Positions 28,185 through 38,340 of a stretch of DNA of 64,000 bases are shown here, piece by piece; the stretch's first letter is position 1, and each line of letters starts with the position of its first letter. The notes beneath the pieces are model-generated. The model saw only the letters and a program-made list of their open reading frames with translations. It was not told where the DNA came from and made no database searches. A program made the position numbers and the translations under genes. Source of the stretch: an uncultured Thermoleophilia bacterium (GTDB lineage Bacteria > Actinomycetota > Thermoleophilia > Miltoncostaeales > Miltoncostaeaceae). The stretch is taken from assembly GCA_963765105.1 (NCBI GenBank), contig CAVXUW010000001.1:1692-65691 (forward strand), given 5' to 3'.

Positions 28185-29610
28185 CTACCTCACGCGCACT
28201 TTGATGGCGGGACTCGTTCGCAGTACCGCCCGGCCGGAGCGCGTCTGCCCCGACCACTGTGCCCGCAGTCGAACCGTCGAGTTCGGCCGCATCGTCAGCT
28301 TGAAGCTGCCGTCACGACTGGTGGTGACCCGGGCGATTCGCACCCAGCGTGACCCCACGCGCCGCTGAATCGCAACGCGCACCTTGCCCGACGCGTTACG
28401 CACCTGACCGCGCACCGTCACCCGGCTTCCGGCCGACACGCGGTCGGCGCCCATCACCGTCAACGGCAGGACGAACGACGTGTAGACCGGGTTTCGCCTT
28501 CTCTGCCTGCGTCAGGAGCCCTGACCGCCACCCCGGATGATCCTGAAGGAGGTAGTAGGTCGTCAGCGTCACGCGCGGGTTGAGTTGGACGCGGCGGTAC
28601 GCGTCGGTGATGAACGTCGCCTGCTGGGCACGGTTGAAGACGATCGGGTACTCCGGCGTTGTCTCGGTGGCGAAGCCGTATTCGGTGAGCCACAGGCGTT
28701 TGCCGGTGAGGTAGGTCGAATCGACGGCCCGCTCGAACACGGCCAGGTTGTAGAGGTCCACATACGTGCGTCCCGACGGGGTCGAATCCGACGGCGGGCG
28801 AAGGGGATACGGGTGGTGGCTCACCACGTCCATCGGGGGGCGCAGACCCGGGGCATTCAGCGCACGGATGAAGTCGTCCGGGGTGACGCGCACGGGCTCA
28901 TTGTCGCAGGGGCAGCGATCACCGGCGGGCGCCGTAACCGCGCCACCAATGGTTGCCGCTGGGTCGACCTTCTTCACACCGGCCGAGAACGCCTTCAGCA
29001 ACTTCGCGTACGTATCCGGCGAGACCGCCACCCATTCAGCGCCCTGGCGCTCGTACTGCGGGCGCAGAAACAGGGCGATGTTCGGTTCGTTCCAGCCCTC
29101 CCACTTCGTAACGCCACGCGGGGAGTAGCGGCGTGCGGCGGCTTCGCCAAATGCGCCGAAGTCGGCCGCATCCTTGGGGCGGATCGACGTCGCGGGGAAG
29201 CGAGTTCCCACTGCGACGGTGGGGTCGGCCGCCCATGCGGGCGTGCCGTACACCGCGAACAGCACCTCGATCTTGTTCGCCGCCGCCGCGGTTACGACGG
29301 TGTCGTACTGGAGCCAGTCGTAGGCCGGGTCGGCCGGGTTCGTGGGATTTGTCGGTCGTGACTTGGCAACGATGTCCCATCGCAGGTCCACCCGCACAAC
29401 GGATGCGCCCGCATCGGCAAGCAGTGCCATCCGGCGCGGTACGTCGGTGGCGTACACGAGCCGGTCGTCTTGCAGTCCGGTTTGCGCCGTGACCCCGGCG
29501 GGTTTTATGGCGATCGGCAAGCCGCCGGCAGCGGCTACGCCTGCGCCGGAAAGGCCCAGCGCCGTCACGGCAATCGCGGTGATCAGGCGGATGCGGAGGG
29601 AATGTGTCAT
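28185..29610 (-). pseudogene. Secreted GH5/GH39-like (PslG-like) glycoside hydrolase with a C-terminal Ig-like domain; frame broken once between ~28487 and 28512
   Basis: ORF 28396..29610 has a signal peptide, the acid/base motif WEGWNEPN and the nucleophile motif WLTEYG. ORF 28185..28463, in the +1 frame, continues as ..VYTSFVLPLTVMGADRVSAGSRVTVRGQV.. (beta-sandwich). The two frames join if one base of the CCCGG run is removed. Confidence 0.7.
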
Positions 29611-29679
29611 GGCGGGGCGGGACCCTACCAGCGGCCTATGAGCATCCCGTTAAGGTTTCGTGCGCGAAAACGGCACGTG

Positions 29680-30162
29680 TCATGCCGCGATACGGTCGAC
29701 GGGTCGACGGGAGCCGCCCAGAAGCGCGAGGGTGACCTCGCCAACAGGAAGCCCATCCCCACGAGCCTGGGCCAGGGCAGCGGTGCGTGTTGTGGCCAGC
29801 CCCAGCGCACGACGAAGCGACGCGTCGACAGCCGCCAACCATTCACCCGGTCGGTCGACGTGAACCAACACGGCGCCCCCGTCCAGCGAGTCGAGCACCG
29901 CGGCGACCAAAGCCGGAAGCTCACGGGCGCCCTGCTCCTCATTCACAAGCGGGTGCCACCGCACACGAAAGCCGGCCAACGCCGCCTCGAGCAGGCCATG
30001 ACGCGAACGCATGCCCGACACGATTGTCTCGATCCCCTGCGCTGACCACCACTCGAGCTCGCCGTCACGCCGCAGCACCCGATGTGACCGGCCCCCTCCA
30101 CCCGGCCGCTCGGCCACCACCAAACGACCCGGCACCAGCCACGCGTATGTCCGCGGTTCCAT
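29680..30162 (-). CDS. Dual-specificity-phosphatase-like fold protein lacking the catalytic Cys/Arg (putative pseudophosphatase)
   Basis: AWLVPGRLVVAERP..QGIETIVS..G.R..W.PL.. then VLVHVDRPGEW where DSPs have VLVHC-x5-R. Pattern recognition only. Confidence 0.45.
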   Translation of the reverse strand: MEPRTYAWLVPGRLVVAERPGGGGRSHRVLRRDGELEWWSAQGIETIVSGMRSRHGLLEAALAGFRVRWHPLVNEEQGARELPALVAAVLDSLDGGAVLVHVDRPGEWLAAVDASLRRALGLATTRTAALAQARGDGLPVGEVTLALLGGSRRPVDRIAA

Positions 30163-30313
30163 CGTCTCCTCCTCCGTTCACGTTGTGGGGGATCGTGCCC
30201 GGCACACCTGTGACAGCGCCACACCGAGGTGTGACAAAACACGCGCCACTCTGTGCCAATCGCACCCCGGTCAGGCACGACGCGCGCGGCCACCCGGCTA
30301 TGGTGTGCCGGGA

Positions 30314-31402
30314 ATGCCCCTCCCGGTTCTGCTCGATGTCACACCGCTCTCCCGGGGCCATTCCGACCGTGGGATCGGCGCCGCCCTCCGCGGCCTGCTG
30401 GCCGGGCTGGCCGGCGTCCCCGCCGAGTCGCGACCCACCCTGGTGACCCGGGCGGGACAAATCACCCCAAACGGGTTTGCGATGAAGGCCGTGCCCTGGC
30501 CGGCCTGGCCTCTCGCTCATCTTCCCGACCCCTGGCCCACCCTCACCGTGGGCCCAGCCCTTCGCCGCTCCCCCCCTCACCTGTTTCACGCCACCCAAAC
30601 CGACCTCGTGCCCCACCGACCCGGGATGCCTTTGGTGGTGACGTGCTACGACCTCATCCCCCTTCACGTTCCCCTGCGCAACCCGTTTCACCGACACGTC
30701 TACGCTACGTACCTCAAGCGGTTGCGGGACGCGGATCTCGTCATCACGATCAGCATGGCCACGGCGATGGATGTGACCGCCCAGCTGGGTATCCCCTACG
30801 AGCGAATGCGTGTGGTTCCGTTGGGTCTCCCCGCCGCTCCGCCGCCGGATGGCGCCACCCCAAACGCCCCTTATGTCCTGTACGCCAACAGCATCGAACC
30901 GCACAAGAATCCCCACATCGCCGTTGATGCCGTGGCTGCGAGCAACCACGACACGCACCTCGTGATGTGCGGCCTGTGGAGTCGTCGTCGACGCGAGGCC
31001 CTGGAGCGGCATGTGGTCGAACGGGGCATGGCCGACCGGGTGCATCTGCTCGGCTACGTCCCGGCCGATCACCTTGCAGCTCTGCGTCGCGACGCCGCCG
31101 CCGTCATCGTGCCATCGTTGTTTGAGGGCTTCGGCCTGCCGGTGCTCGAGGCGTTGGCCGTGGGGACCCCCGTCGTGGCATCGGACATACCGGCGCTGCG
31201 AGAGGCAGGCGGAGCGGTGGCAACGTACGTCGAGCCCACCGACGTGGAGGAATGGGCGGCCGCAATCGATGACGAGATCGACAACCCCGATCGTCGTTCC
31301 GAGGTGGCCGAGGCCGGGGCCGAGCACGTGGCCCCGTTTACCTGGACACGAACGGCCGAGCTGACCGTCGAGGCGTGGCAGGAGGTGCTCGCCCGTGGCT
31401 GA
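30314..31402 (+). CDS. Glycosyltransferase, GT4 family
   Basis: ATG 30314 (MPLPVLLDVTPL). ..YVLYANSIEPHKN.. GYV....L..L...A...V.PSL.EGFGLPVLEA.A.G.PVV.SDI.ALRE..G.A. Confidence 0.8.
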   Translation: MPLPVLLDVTPLSRGHSDRGIGAALRGLLAGLAGVPAESRPTLVTRAGQITPNGFAMKAVPWPAWPLAHLPDPWPTLTVGPALRRSPPHLFHATQTDLVPHRPGMPLVVTCYDLIPLHVPLRNPFHRHVYATYLKRLRDADLVITISMATAMDVTAQLGIPYERMRVVPLGLPAAPPPDGATPNAPYVLYANSIEPHKNPHIAVDAVAASNHDTHLVMCGLWSRRRREALERHVVERGMADRVHLLGYVPADHLAALRRDAAAVIVPSLFEGFGLPVLEALAVGTPVVASDIPALREAGGAVATYVEPTDVEEWAAAIDDEIDNPDRRSEVAEAGAEHVAPFTWTRTAELTVEAWQEVLARG

Positions 31403-32469
31403 GCGTGTCGTGGTGATCGTCGACGCACGCATCGCGCGTCGACGTGCAACCGGGGCGTCGTCCTACGTGCGGAACCTCGAAGCCGCCATCGCCGCCGAAA
31501 ATCCGCCCGACCTCGATGTGCGGTTTGCCTATGGCCCACCCGGGCTGCCGCGCCGCAATCGCGTGACGAGCATCGGCAACCTGGTGATCGACCTCGCGTG
31601 GACCCACGTGGCCGTTCCCGTTGCCGCGCGCCGACAACGCGCCGGCGTGGTTCACGCCCCGTTCAACTGGGCGCCGTGGTGGGCACCGTGCCCCACCGTC
31701 GTGACGATGCAAGATGTGGCGTGGGAACGGGTCCCCGAGACCTTTCCTCCCGCCTTTCGGCGCTACGCCCGCCTGTTTGCCAAACGCAGCACCCGGACCG
31801 CCCGACGGGTGATTACGACGTCGGAGTCCACCGCCCGCGACCTGGCCACCCTCTACGGAACGCCACGCGAGCGGATGCGTACCGTGCCCATCGGCATCGC
31901 GACCGACCCCGCCCCCACCTCCGTCGAGCGCGAGCCGTTCATCCTCGCCGTGGGGGAGTTCGAACCGCGCAAACGCATCCTGGAGCTGATCGCCGCGCAC
32001 CGTGCGTACCTGCGCACGGCCCCGGCCGACCCGCCCCCCTGTCGCCTCGTCATCGCCGGAGCGGGAGGGTCGCAACACGCTGCCGTCCATGCCGCGGCCG
32101 GCCCGGAATGTGACCTTCTGGGCTTCGTCTCGACCGACCGCCTGGCCGACCTATACCGCCGAGCAACGCTGCTGGTTTACCCGTCGGCGTACGAGGGCTT
32201 CGGCCTTCCCGTGTTGGAGGCCATGGCCCATGGCTGCCCCGCGCTGATCGCCGACAACTCGTCGCTCCAGCGAAATCGGTGGCGACGCGGCAATCCTTCT
32301 GACCGACCCCACCATCGACGGGATCGCGCGCCAGCTGTCGGACGCCCTGGCGAACCGCGCCGAACTGGCCGCCCGCGGGGAGGCCTCTCGCGCCCACGCC
32401 GCCCAGTTCGCGTGGGACGACGTTGCGCGCCGTACGTTGGATGTCTACCGCGAGGCGATCGCCGGATGA
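31395..32469 (+). pseudogene. Glycosyltransferase, GT4 family; +1 frameshift at ~32266-32273
   Basis: ..[32 protein letters not shown], then the frame is lost. The +1 frame reads EIGGDAAILLTDPTIDGIARQLSDALANRAELAARGEASRAHAAQFAWDDVARRTLDVYREAIAG*, with a TGA at 32467-32469. The 623-aa ORF in the track is an artefactual fusion with the next gene. Confidence 0.75.
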
Positions 32470-33528
32470 GGGTGGCGGTCGACTGCCACATGGTTGGCCA
32501 ACCCGCCGCCGGCGACGCCGGCAACGCGCGGTTCCACACCGAGCTGACCCATGCCCTCGTGGCCACGCGACCACCCAACGACGATGTCCTCGCGTTCGTC
32601 GCCCACGCCGCCGCGCGTGAGGCCCTGCCCGCGGTGCGTTGCATCGACGTTCCGGCGAGCAACCTGCGGCGGTTGTCGAGTGGGCTGGCCGGCGCTCTCC
32701 GCGCGAGCCACAGTGACCGACTCATCGTGAGCTACATCGCACCCGTTCGCGCGCCCTGCCCCGTGGCCGTCGTGGTGCACGACATCACCTACCGTCTGCA
32801 CCCGGAGTGGTTCTCCCCGCGCGTTCGGGCGCTTCTGGGAGTGATGGTGCCCTGGTCGATGCGCCGGGCCGGTGTGGTGATCACCGTGTCACAGCGCAGC
32901 AAGGCCGACATCGTGTCGGCGTACGGAATCGACCCGGGGCGCATTCATGTCGTGACCAATGTTCCCGCGGCCGCCTTCACCCCCGACGCCGACGCCCCCG
33001 AGCGCGTGGCGCGCGACCATGGCCTGGACCGCTACGTCCTGTTCGTTGGCGACGTCCATCCCCGCAAGAACCTCACGGCGCTTGCCGAGGCCATGCGCCT
33101 GCTTGGACGACCCGTCGCTGCCGCTCGTGGTGGTAGGACGCCTGGGTCACCACGGGCAGGAGATCCTGCGCGCGGCGGGTGCCCGATGGCTCGGCCCGCA
33201 GGGCGACCCGGCGCTGGCCGACCTGTACCGGGCCGCCACGGTCACCTGCTACCCCTCGCTGTATGAGGGATTTGGTCTGCCGGTGGTGGAGGCCATGGCC
33301 TGCGGATCCCCCGTGGTCGCCTCCAACCGCGGCGCTATTCCCGAGGTGGCGGGCGACGCGGCGCTGGTGGTGGAACCCACCCCCGCCGGCCTGGCCGAGG
33401 GTCTGCGTGCTGCGATGGAGCCGGCAACGGCGGAGCGCCTTCGCGCCGCGGGCCCGCAGCGTGCCGCCCACTTCACGCCGCACGACATGGGCACCGCCAC
33501 CTGGGCGGCGCTGCGGGCGGTCGCATGA
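32466..33528 (+). pseudogene. Glycosyltransferase, GT4 family; +1 frameshift at ~33105
   Basis: The ATG 32466 overlaps the upstream TGA (ATGA): MRVAVDCHMVGQPAAGDAGN... ..FVGDVHPRKNLTALAEAMRLL, then continues in ORF 32959..33528 as DDPSLPLVVVG...[38 protein letters not shown]. An extra G appears in CTTGGACGAC. Confidence 0.75.
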
Positions 33529-34631
33529 AGATCGCACTGATCGGCACGCGCGGCATCCCGGCCGCGTACTCCGGCTTCGAGACCGCCGTGGAGCACCTGG
33601 CCACAGCAGTTCACCGACCGCGGTCACGAGGTGGTGGTCTACTGCCGGCCGCACATGACCGAGCGGCGGAGCCACCCACGCCGGCGCGCGCCTGGTGCAC
33701 CTGCGCACGGTGCGCAACAAGTACCTCGACACCCTGGCCCACACCGCCGTGTCGACCGCGCACATGGTCACCCGCGAGCGCCCGGACGTGGCGATCTACT
33801 TCATCGCCGGCAACGCCCCGGTCGTGCCGTTCGCCCGCCTCGCCGGCATCCCCTCGATCCTGCAGATCGACGGCCTCGACTCCGAACGGGCCAAGTGGCC
33901 GGCCGCCGCCCGCGCCTACCTGCGTTGCGCCGAGCGCATCGCCCCACGCGCGGCGACGCATCGCCGTGACCGACTCCCAGGCCGTGGCCGACATCTACGC
34001 CGCAAAGTACGGCCACACCATCGAGGCGATCCCCTACGGCGCCGACGTGCCCGACCCGGGCGGCAACGAATGGTGCGAGAAGCTCGGGGTGGAGCCCGGC
34101 AAGTTCATCCTGTTCGTCGGCCGACTGGTGCCGGAGAACAACGCACACCTGCTCGTCGCCGCGCACCGGCAGCTCGACACCGACTGGCCCCTGGTGATCG
34201 TGGGCGACGCCCCGTACGCCGACCGTTACATCGCCGACCTGACGGCCTCCGCCGGCCCCAACGTCCTGTTCCCCGGCTACGTGTTCGGCGACGGCTACCG
34301 GGAACTGCTCCACCGCTGCGGAATCATGTGCGCCCCCACCGAGGTGGGCGGCACCCACCCGGTCATCATCGAAGCGATGGCCGCCGGCGCGTGCCTCGTG
34401 GTGAGCGACCACGGCCCCAACGTGGAGGTGGTGGGCGACGGCGCGGCCACGTTCGCGCTCGCCGACGGAGCGACCGACCTCGCCGCCCGAGCTCACGCAG
34501 CTCATCGGACGACCCGGCGCGGCGTGCCGCTCTCGGGAGCGGCCGCAGCGACCCGCGCCGCCGACCGCTTCAGCTGGGACGTCTGCGCCGACCGCTACCT
34601 GGAACTGTGCGAGCAGGTGCGCCGTCACTGA
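33525..34631 (+). pseudogene. DUF1972-type GT-B glycosyltransferase (rhamnosyltransferase-like); about six +1 frameshifts
   Basis: [27 protein letters not shown] (frame 0), then [19 protein letters not shown] (frame 1). Next comes ..GARLVHLRTVRNKYLDTLAHTAVSTAHM..IAGNAPVVPFARLAGIPSILQIDGLDSERAKW.. (frame 2), then IAVTDSQAVADIYAAKYG..FVGRLVPENN..EVGGTHPVIIEAMAAG (frame 0). Near the 3' end, ELTQLI and DDPARRAALGS sit in frames 1 and 2 before returning to frame 0. Confidence 0.75.
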
Positions 34632-34647
34632 CGCGCTTACCCTGTCG

Positions 34648-35505
34648 GTGATCATCGTTTCGCATGAGTGTCGCGAGCACCTTCTGGCGTGTCTCACGGA
34701 TCTCGGTGAAGCACGCAATGCGATCGATCTGTGGGTGACGGTCGTCGACAACGCCTCCTCGGACGGCACCGTCGACATGGTGCGTCACAACCACCCCTGG
34801 GTGAGCCTCGATCCGCTCGACGAGAACATCGGCTTTGGCCGAGCCAACAACCGTGCGCTCGAACGGGTCCGTACTGAGAACGTCCTGTTGCTCAACCCAG
34901 ACACTCGCGTGAACGCCGACGAGCTCACCGCGTGCGTCTGCGAGTTGGCCAACCGTCACGACGTGGGCGTCCTCACCCCCCGGGTGGTCGACGGGTCCGG
35001 CATGTTCGACCGCCGATGCATCCGGGGCTTCCCGACGCTTTGGAGTTTGGCATGCCACGTGACCCGCCTGGACCGAGTGCTCCGCGGGCACCGCGCGCGC
35101 CGCTATGCCCAGAGGTGGCTGAGCGGCACACAAGAGGCCGATGTTGAAGCGGTGAGTGGCGCCGTGATGTTCTGCCGCACCGCGGCGCTTCGGGCGGTCG
35201 GTGGTTTCGATGAGCGCTTCTTTATGTACGGCGAGGACATCGACCTGTGCCTGCGCGTGCGCACCGTGGGGTGGCGGGTAGTCTTTTGGCCCGGGGCGAG
35301 CATTACCCATATCGGGGGCGGGGCAGTGACTAACCGTCGCGCGCAGGCCGCATGGGCGCGTGCGATCGGCGATCTCCACCGAGTCCACCGACCCGGGGTT
35401 GCTGGGCGACTGGCGGGCGCAGTCTGCGACACCGCCGGGAGGATCCTCGCCCCCGGCTGGTTTCGCGGGCGCATCACACCCAGAGCCGACCCGTCCAAGC
35501 GGTGA
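34648..35505 (+). CDS. Glycosyltransferase family 2
   Basis: IIVSHE.....CL..L......VVDNASSDGT......ENIGFGRANN......LLLNPDT....SGA.MF.R......GGFDERFFMYGEDIDLC.R....G is the canonical GT2 pattern. The N-terminus may start slightly upstream. Confidence 0.8.
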   Translation: MIIVSHECREHLLACLTDLGEARNAIDLWVTVVDNASSDGTVDMVRHNHPWVSLDPLDENIGFGRANNRALERVRTENVLLLNPDTRVNADELTACVCELANRHDVGVLTPRVVDGSGMFDRRCIRGFPTLWSLACHVTRLDRVLRGHRARRYAQRWLSGTQEADVEAVSGAVMFCRTAALRAVGGFDERFFMYGEDIDLCLRVRTVGWRVVFWPGASITHIGGGAVTNRRAQAAWARAIGDLHRVHRPGVAGRLAGAVCDTAGRILAPGWFRGRITPRADPSKR

Positions 35506-35536
35506 TCTCGAAGAGTGGGCGGCTACACTGGCCCTC

Positions 35537-36328
35537 GTGAACACATTAGTCACCGCGCGCCGGCATGCGCCGCTCTTTCGTAACCTCGTGCGCCGCGAGA
35601 TGCGCCAGCGCTACAAGGCCTCCGCCTTCGGTTTGGTGTGGACGCTCATCAACCCGCTGGTCATGGTCACCGCCTACTGGTTTGTGTTCCGGTTCGTGTT
35701 CCCGTCCGGGGCGAACAACCCCTACGCGCTGTTCCTGTTCGTCGGGCTCGCGATCTGGGGGGTGTTCATGGGAGGCGCTCAGGCGGCCGCGTCGAGCCTC
35801 GTGTCGAACGCCAGCTTGGTGACCAAAGTGAAGTTCCCGCGGCAGATCGTCCCCCTCTCAGCGATGACCGGCAACTGGTTCACCGCTGCCACGATGTTCG
35901 CGGTCGCCCTCCCGTTGTGCGCGATCTGGGGCCGGGGGAACCGCCTGACCTGGTTGGCTCTGCCCCCGTTGATCTTGCTCCTCGCCGTGATGACGGTCGG
36001 GTTCGGTCTTCTCGTCGCAGCGGTTAACGTCTACTTCCGCGATGTCGAGCACATCCTGGGAGCCCTAGCGCTGCCGTGGTTCTTTCTCACGCCGATCTTC
36101 TACAGCTTCGACATGATCGATGGGCCGGGGCGAGGCGGCGCCATCGATGTTCTCCACTGGGGAAATCCCGTGAGCCCATTCGTGCTCGCCATCCGCGACC
36201 CCTTGTTTTTTGGCCGCTGGCCAAGCGCCGCCGACACGGTCTATTGCGTGGTCGCCGCGGGTGTGATGCTCGTCATCGGCTGGGCGGTGTTCCACCGGCT
36301 TGAACGCGAGATGGCGGTAGAACTCTAG
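35537..36328 (+). CDS. wzm: ABC-2 type polysaccharide export permease
   Basis: GTG 35537. ..LFRNLVRREMRQRYKASAFGLVWTLINPLVMV..Y..VF is the typical Wzm/TagG N-terminus, followed by six TM helices. Confidence 0.85.
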   Translation: MNTLVTARRHAPLFRNLVRREMRQRYKASAFGLVWTLINPLVMVTAYWFVFRFVFPSGANNPYALFLFVGLAIWGVFMGGAQAAASSLVSNASLVTKVKFPRQIVPLSAMTGNWFTAATMFAVALPLCAIWGRGNRLTWLALPPLILLLAVMTVGFGLLVAAVNVYFRDVEHILGALALPWFFLTPIFYSFDMIDGPGRGGAIDVLHWGNPVSPFVLAIRDPLFFGRWPSAADTVYCVVAAGVMLVIGWAVFHRLEREMAVEL

Positions 36329-36330
36329 CG

Positions 36331-37611
36331 ATGGCACTCGAACCCGGAGCAGTACGGTTGCGGGGCGCGTCGCGGAGCTTCCGCATCGCGCATGAACGTA
36401 ACGCAACGCTCAAGGAGGCGCTGATTCGCCGGCGGCGCGGCTCGTTCACCGACCTTTGGGCGCTTCGCAACGTTGACCTCGACATCGCGCCAGGCGATTC
36501 GCTCGGCATAATCGGCCAAAACGGTTCGGGGAAGAGCACGCTGCTCAAGCTGATCGCTGGCATCCTGCCACCGCAGGAGGGAACGATCGAGGTCGGCGGC
36601 ACGGTCGCGTCGATGTTGGAGCTGGGGGCGGGTTTCCACCCGGACTTCACAGGACGTGAGAATGTCTTTATGAATGGATCGATCTACGGCCTGTCGGAAG
36701 GCAGCGTTGCGAAGCGTCTCGACTCCATCCTCGACTTTGCCGAGCTTCACGACTTCATTGACATGCCGGTAAAGACGTATTCAAGCGGAATGCAAATGCG
36801 ACTCGCGTTCGCCGTTGCCAGTCATGTCAACCCAGACATTCTCCTTCTCGATGAAGTACTTGCCGTCGGTGACGAGGCGTTTCAGCGCAAGTGTTTCGGA
36901 CGCATCTTTGATTACCGCCGCCGCGGCGGGACCATCGTCCTCGTCTCTCATGACCCCGCCGCGATCGAGCGGGTCTGCGATCGCGTGATCATGATTCGAG
37001 ACGGAACGGTGATTGAGGACGGTCCACCGAACCAGGTCCTTCCCCTCTACCACCGTTCGCTCGCCGATGCGCCGCACGCCGACCAAAACTCCAAACGCGA
37101 CGGCGATGCGCCCGATGACAACCGAACCTGGGGCAATCGTGAGGTCATCATCGACGAGGTGCAGCTGGTCGGTCCCGACGGCCCTACAGATCGTTTCATG
37201 AGCGGCGACTCTTTGACGATCGAGCTGTCGGTTACCGCGCAGCGACCCGTCGAAACGCCGATCTTTGGCATCGCGCTGCACACCGCCGAGGGCGCGCTGA
37301 TGTACGGGACGAACACCCGGATGGACGCGCTGCCGCTCGACATGCTTCACGGTTCCGCCACCGTTAGGTTTACGGTCCCAGCAATCGGTCTCCACGAGGG
37401 GCAATTCACGCTTACCGTCGCCGCCCATTCATACGACGAGCAGACGGTCTACCACTGGCGCGATCGACTCACTGAGTTCTCGGTCTTCCAGGCGCGACCC
37501 GGGGTCGGACCCGTCGAACTCGCGGGCGACTGGTCGGTGCAACCCGGCCCGCAGACCGAGCGCTCCCCGTCCTTCGCCAACCTCGAACGACCATCACTCA
37601 CCGACAGCTGA
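36331..37611 (+). CDS. wzt: Polysaccharide export ABC ATP-binding protein with a ~170-aa C-terminal (Wzt_C-like) extension
   Basis: Walker A GQNGSGKSTLLK, signature YSSGMQMRLAFA, Walker B ILLLDEVLAVGD. Then an extra beta-rich domain: REVIIDEVQLVGPDG...GDSLTIELSV....PVETPIFGIALHTAEGALMYGTN. Confidence 0.85.
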   Translation: MALEPGAVRLRGASRSFRIAHERNATLKEALIRRRRGSFTDLWALRNVDLDIAPGDSLGIIGQNGSGKSTLLKLIAGILPPQEGTIEVGGTVASMLELGAGFHPDFTGRENVFMNGSIYGLSEGSVAKRLDSILDFAELHDFIDMPVKTYSSGMQMRLAFAVASHVNPDILLLDEVLAVGDEAFQRKCFGRIFDYRRRGGTIVLVSHDPAAIERVCDRVIMIRDGTVIEDGPPNQVLPLYHRSLADAPHADQNSKRDGDAPDDNRTWGNREVIIDEVQLVGPDGPTDRFMSGDSLTIELSVTAQRPVETPIFGIALHTAEGALMYGTNTRMDALPLDMLHGSATVRFTVPAIGLHEGQFTLTVAAHSYDEQTVYHWRDRLTEFSVFQARPGVGPVELAGDWSVQPGPQTERSPSFANLERPSLTDS

Positions 37612-37653
37612 CCTAGACTGGGTCGCGATGGCGAGACGATGAAGGAGCAGCCG

Positions 37654-38283
37654 ATGGCAACGAGCAAGCCAACAGACGACGCGGGTACTGACGACGTGAT
37701 CGACATCGACGCCCTCATGGCGGACCTCCGCCGTCGCGCTGCTGAGAAGAAGGCCCAGGGGCTTTATTCGGTTGACGCTCTGGCTGCCGACGCCGTGATC
37801 AACGACGAGCCGTTTCGCGCAGACGACCTTGAGCGTCTGCGCGAATCGGCGGTCCACACCATCGACCTCTCAGTCGTTCAGTCGCAAAAGCCGGTAGTCG
37901 GACCCATCGTGACCCGATTCAAGCGCCTTGCGACCCGCAGTGCGAGCCAGCCCGTCTACTCCCTGGCAGCGCAGAACAACGCCTTCAACGCCGACCTCCT
38001 TCGCTATGTCGCTCTCTTGGGCTCCGACGCAAACGTCGTTCGGCGCACAGTTGAGGGTCACGGGGCCCGGGTCGACGAACTGAGCGCAACGCTCGCCTCT
38101 GCGAACGACGATATCTCGGCGGCGGTGGCGGCGGTCACGGACCTGGCAGGGAAGCTGGAGCGCCTTGACGAACGGCTCGATCGCATTGAGCACCTGCTCC
38201 AGGACGTGCGGACGGAGTCACTGGCCGCTCGTCTTCAGTCCTTGGAGGCGCGCGCGGAGAATGCGTCGAATTCTCAGGCGTGA
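37654..38283 (+). CDS. Coiled-coil protein related to the N-terminal part of the downstream methyltransferase (no catalytic domain)
   Basis: ATG 37654 is preceded by AAGGAG. The N-terminus IDIDALMADLRRRAAEKK.. is followed by a long heptad-like C-terminus ..LAGKLERLDERLDRIEHLLQDVRTESLAARLQSLEARAE. Confidence 0.55.
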   Translation: MATSKPTDDAGTDDVIDIDALMADLRRRAAEKKAQGLYSVDALAADAVINDEPFRADDLERLRESAVHTIDLSVVQSQKPVVGPIVTRFKRLATRSASQPVYSLAAQNNAFNADLLRYVALLGSDANVVRRTVEGHGARVDELSATLASANDDISAAVAAVTDLAGKLERLDERLDRIEHLLQDVRTESLAARLQSLEARAENASNSQA

Positions 38284-38340
38284 CGATCAGCGATCTGTGC
38301 ACACCCGCTCGCACCGCTGCGCCGGAATGACCGCATCACT

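Noticed and set aside
31395-33266. 623-aa 'double glycosyltransferase' fusion ORF
   Set aside because: It is an artefact. A +1 shift near 32270 drops the first GT4 into the frame of the next gene, and the true first gene ends at the TGA at 32467-32469 in the shifted frame.
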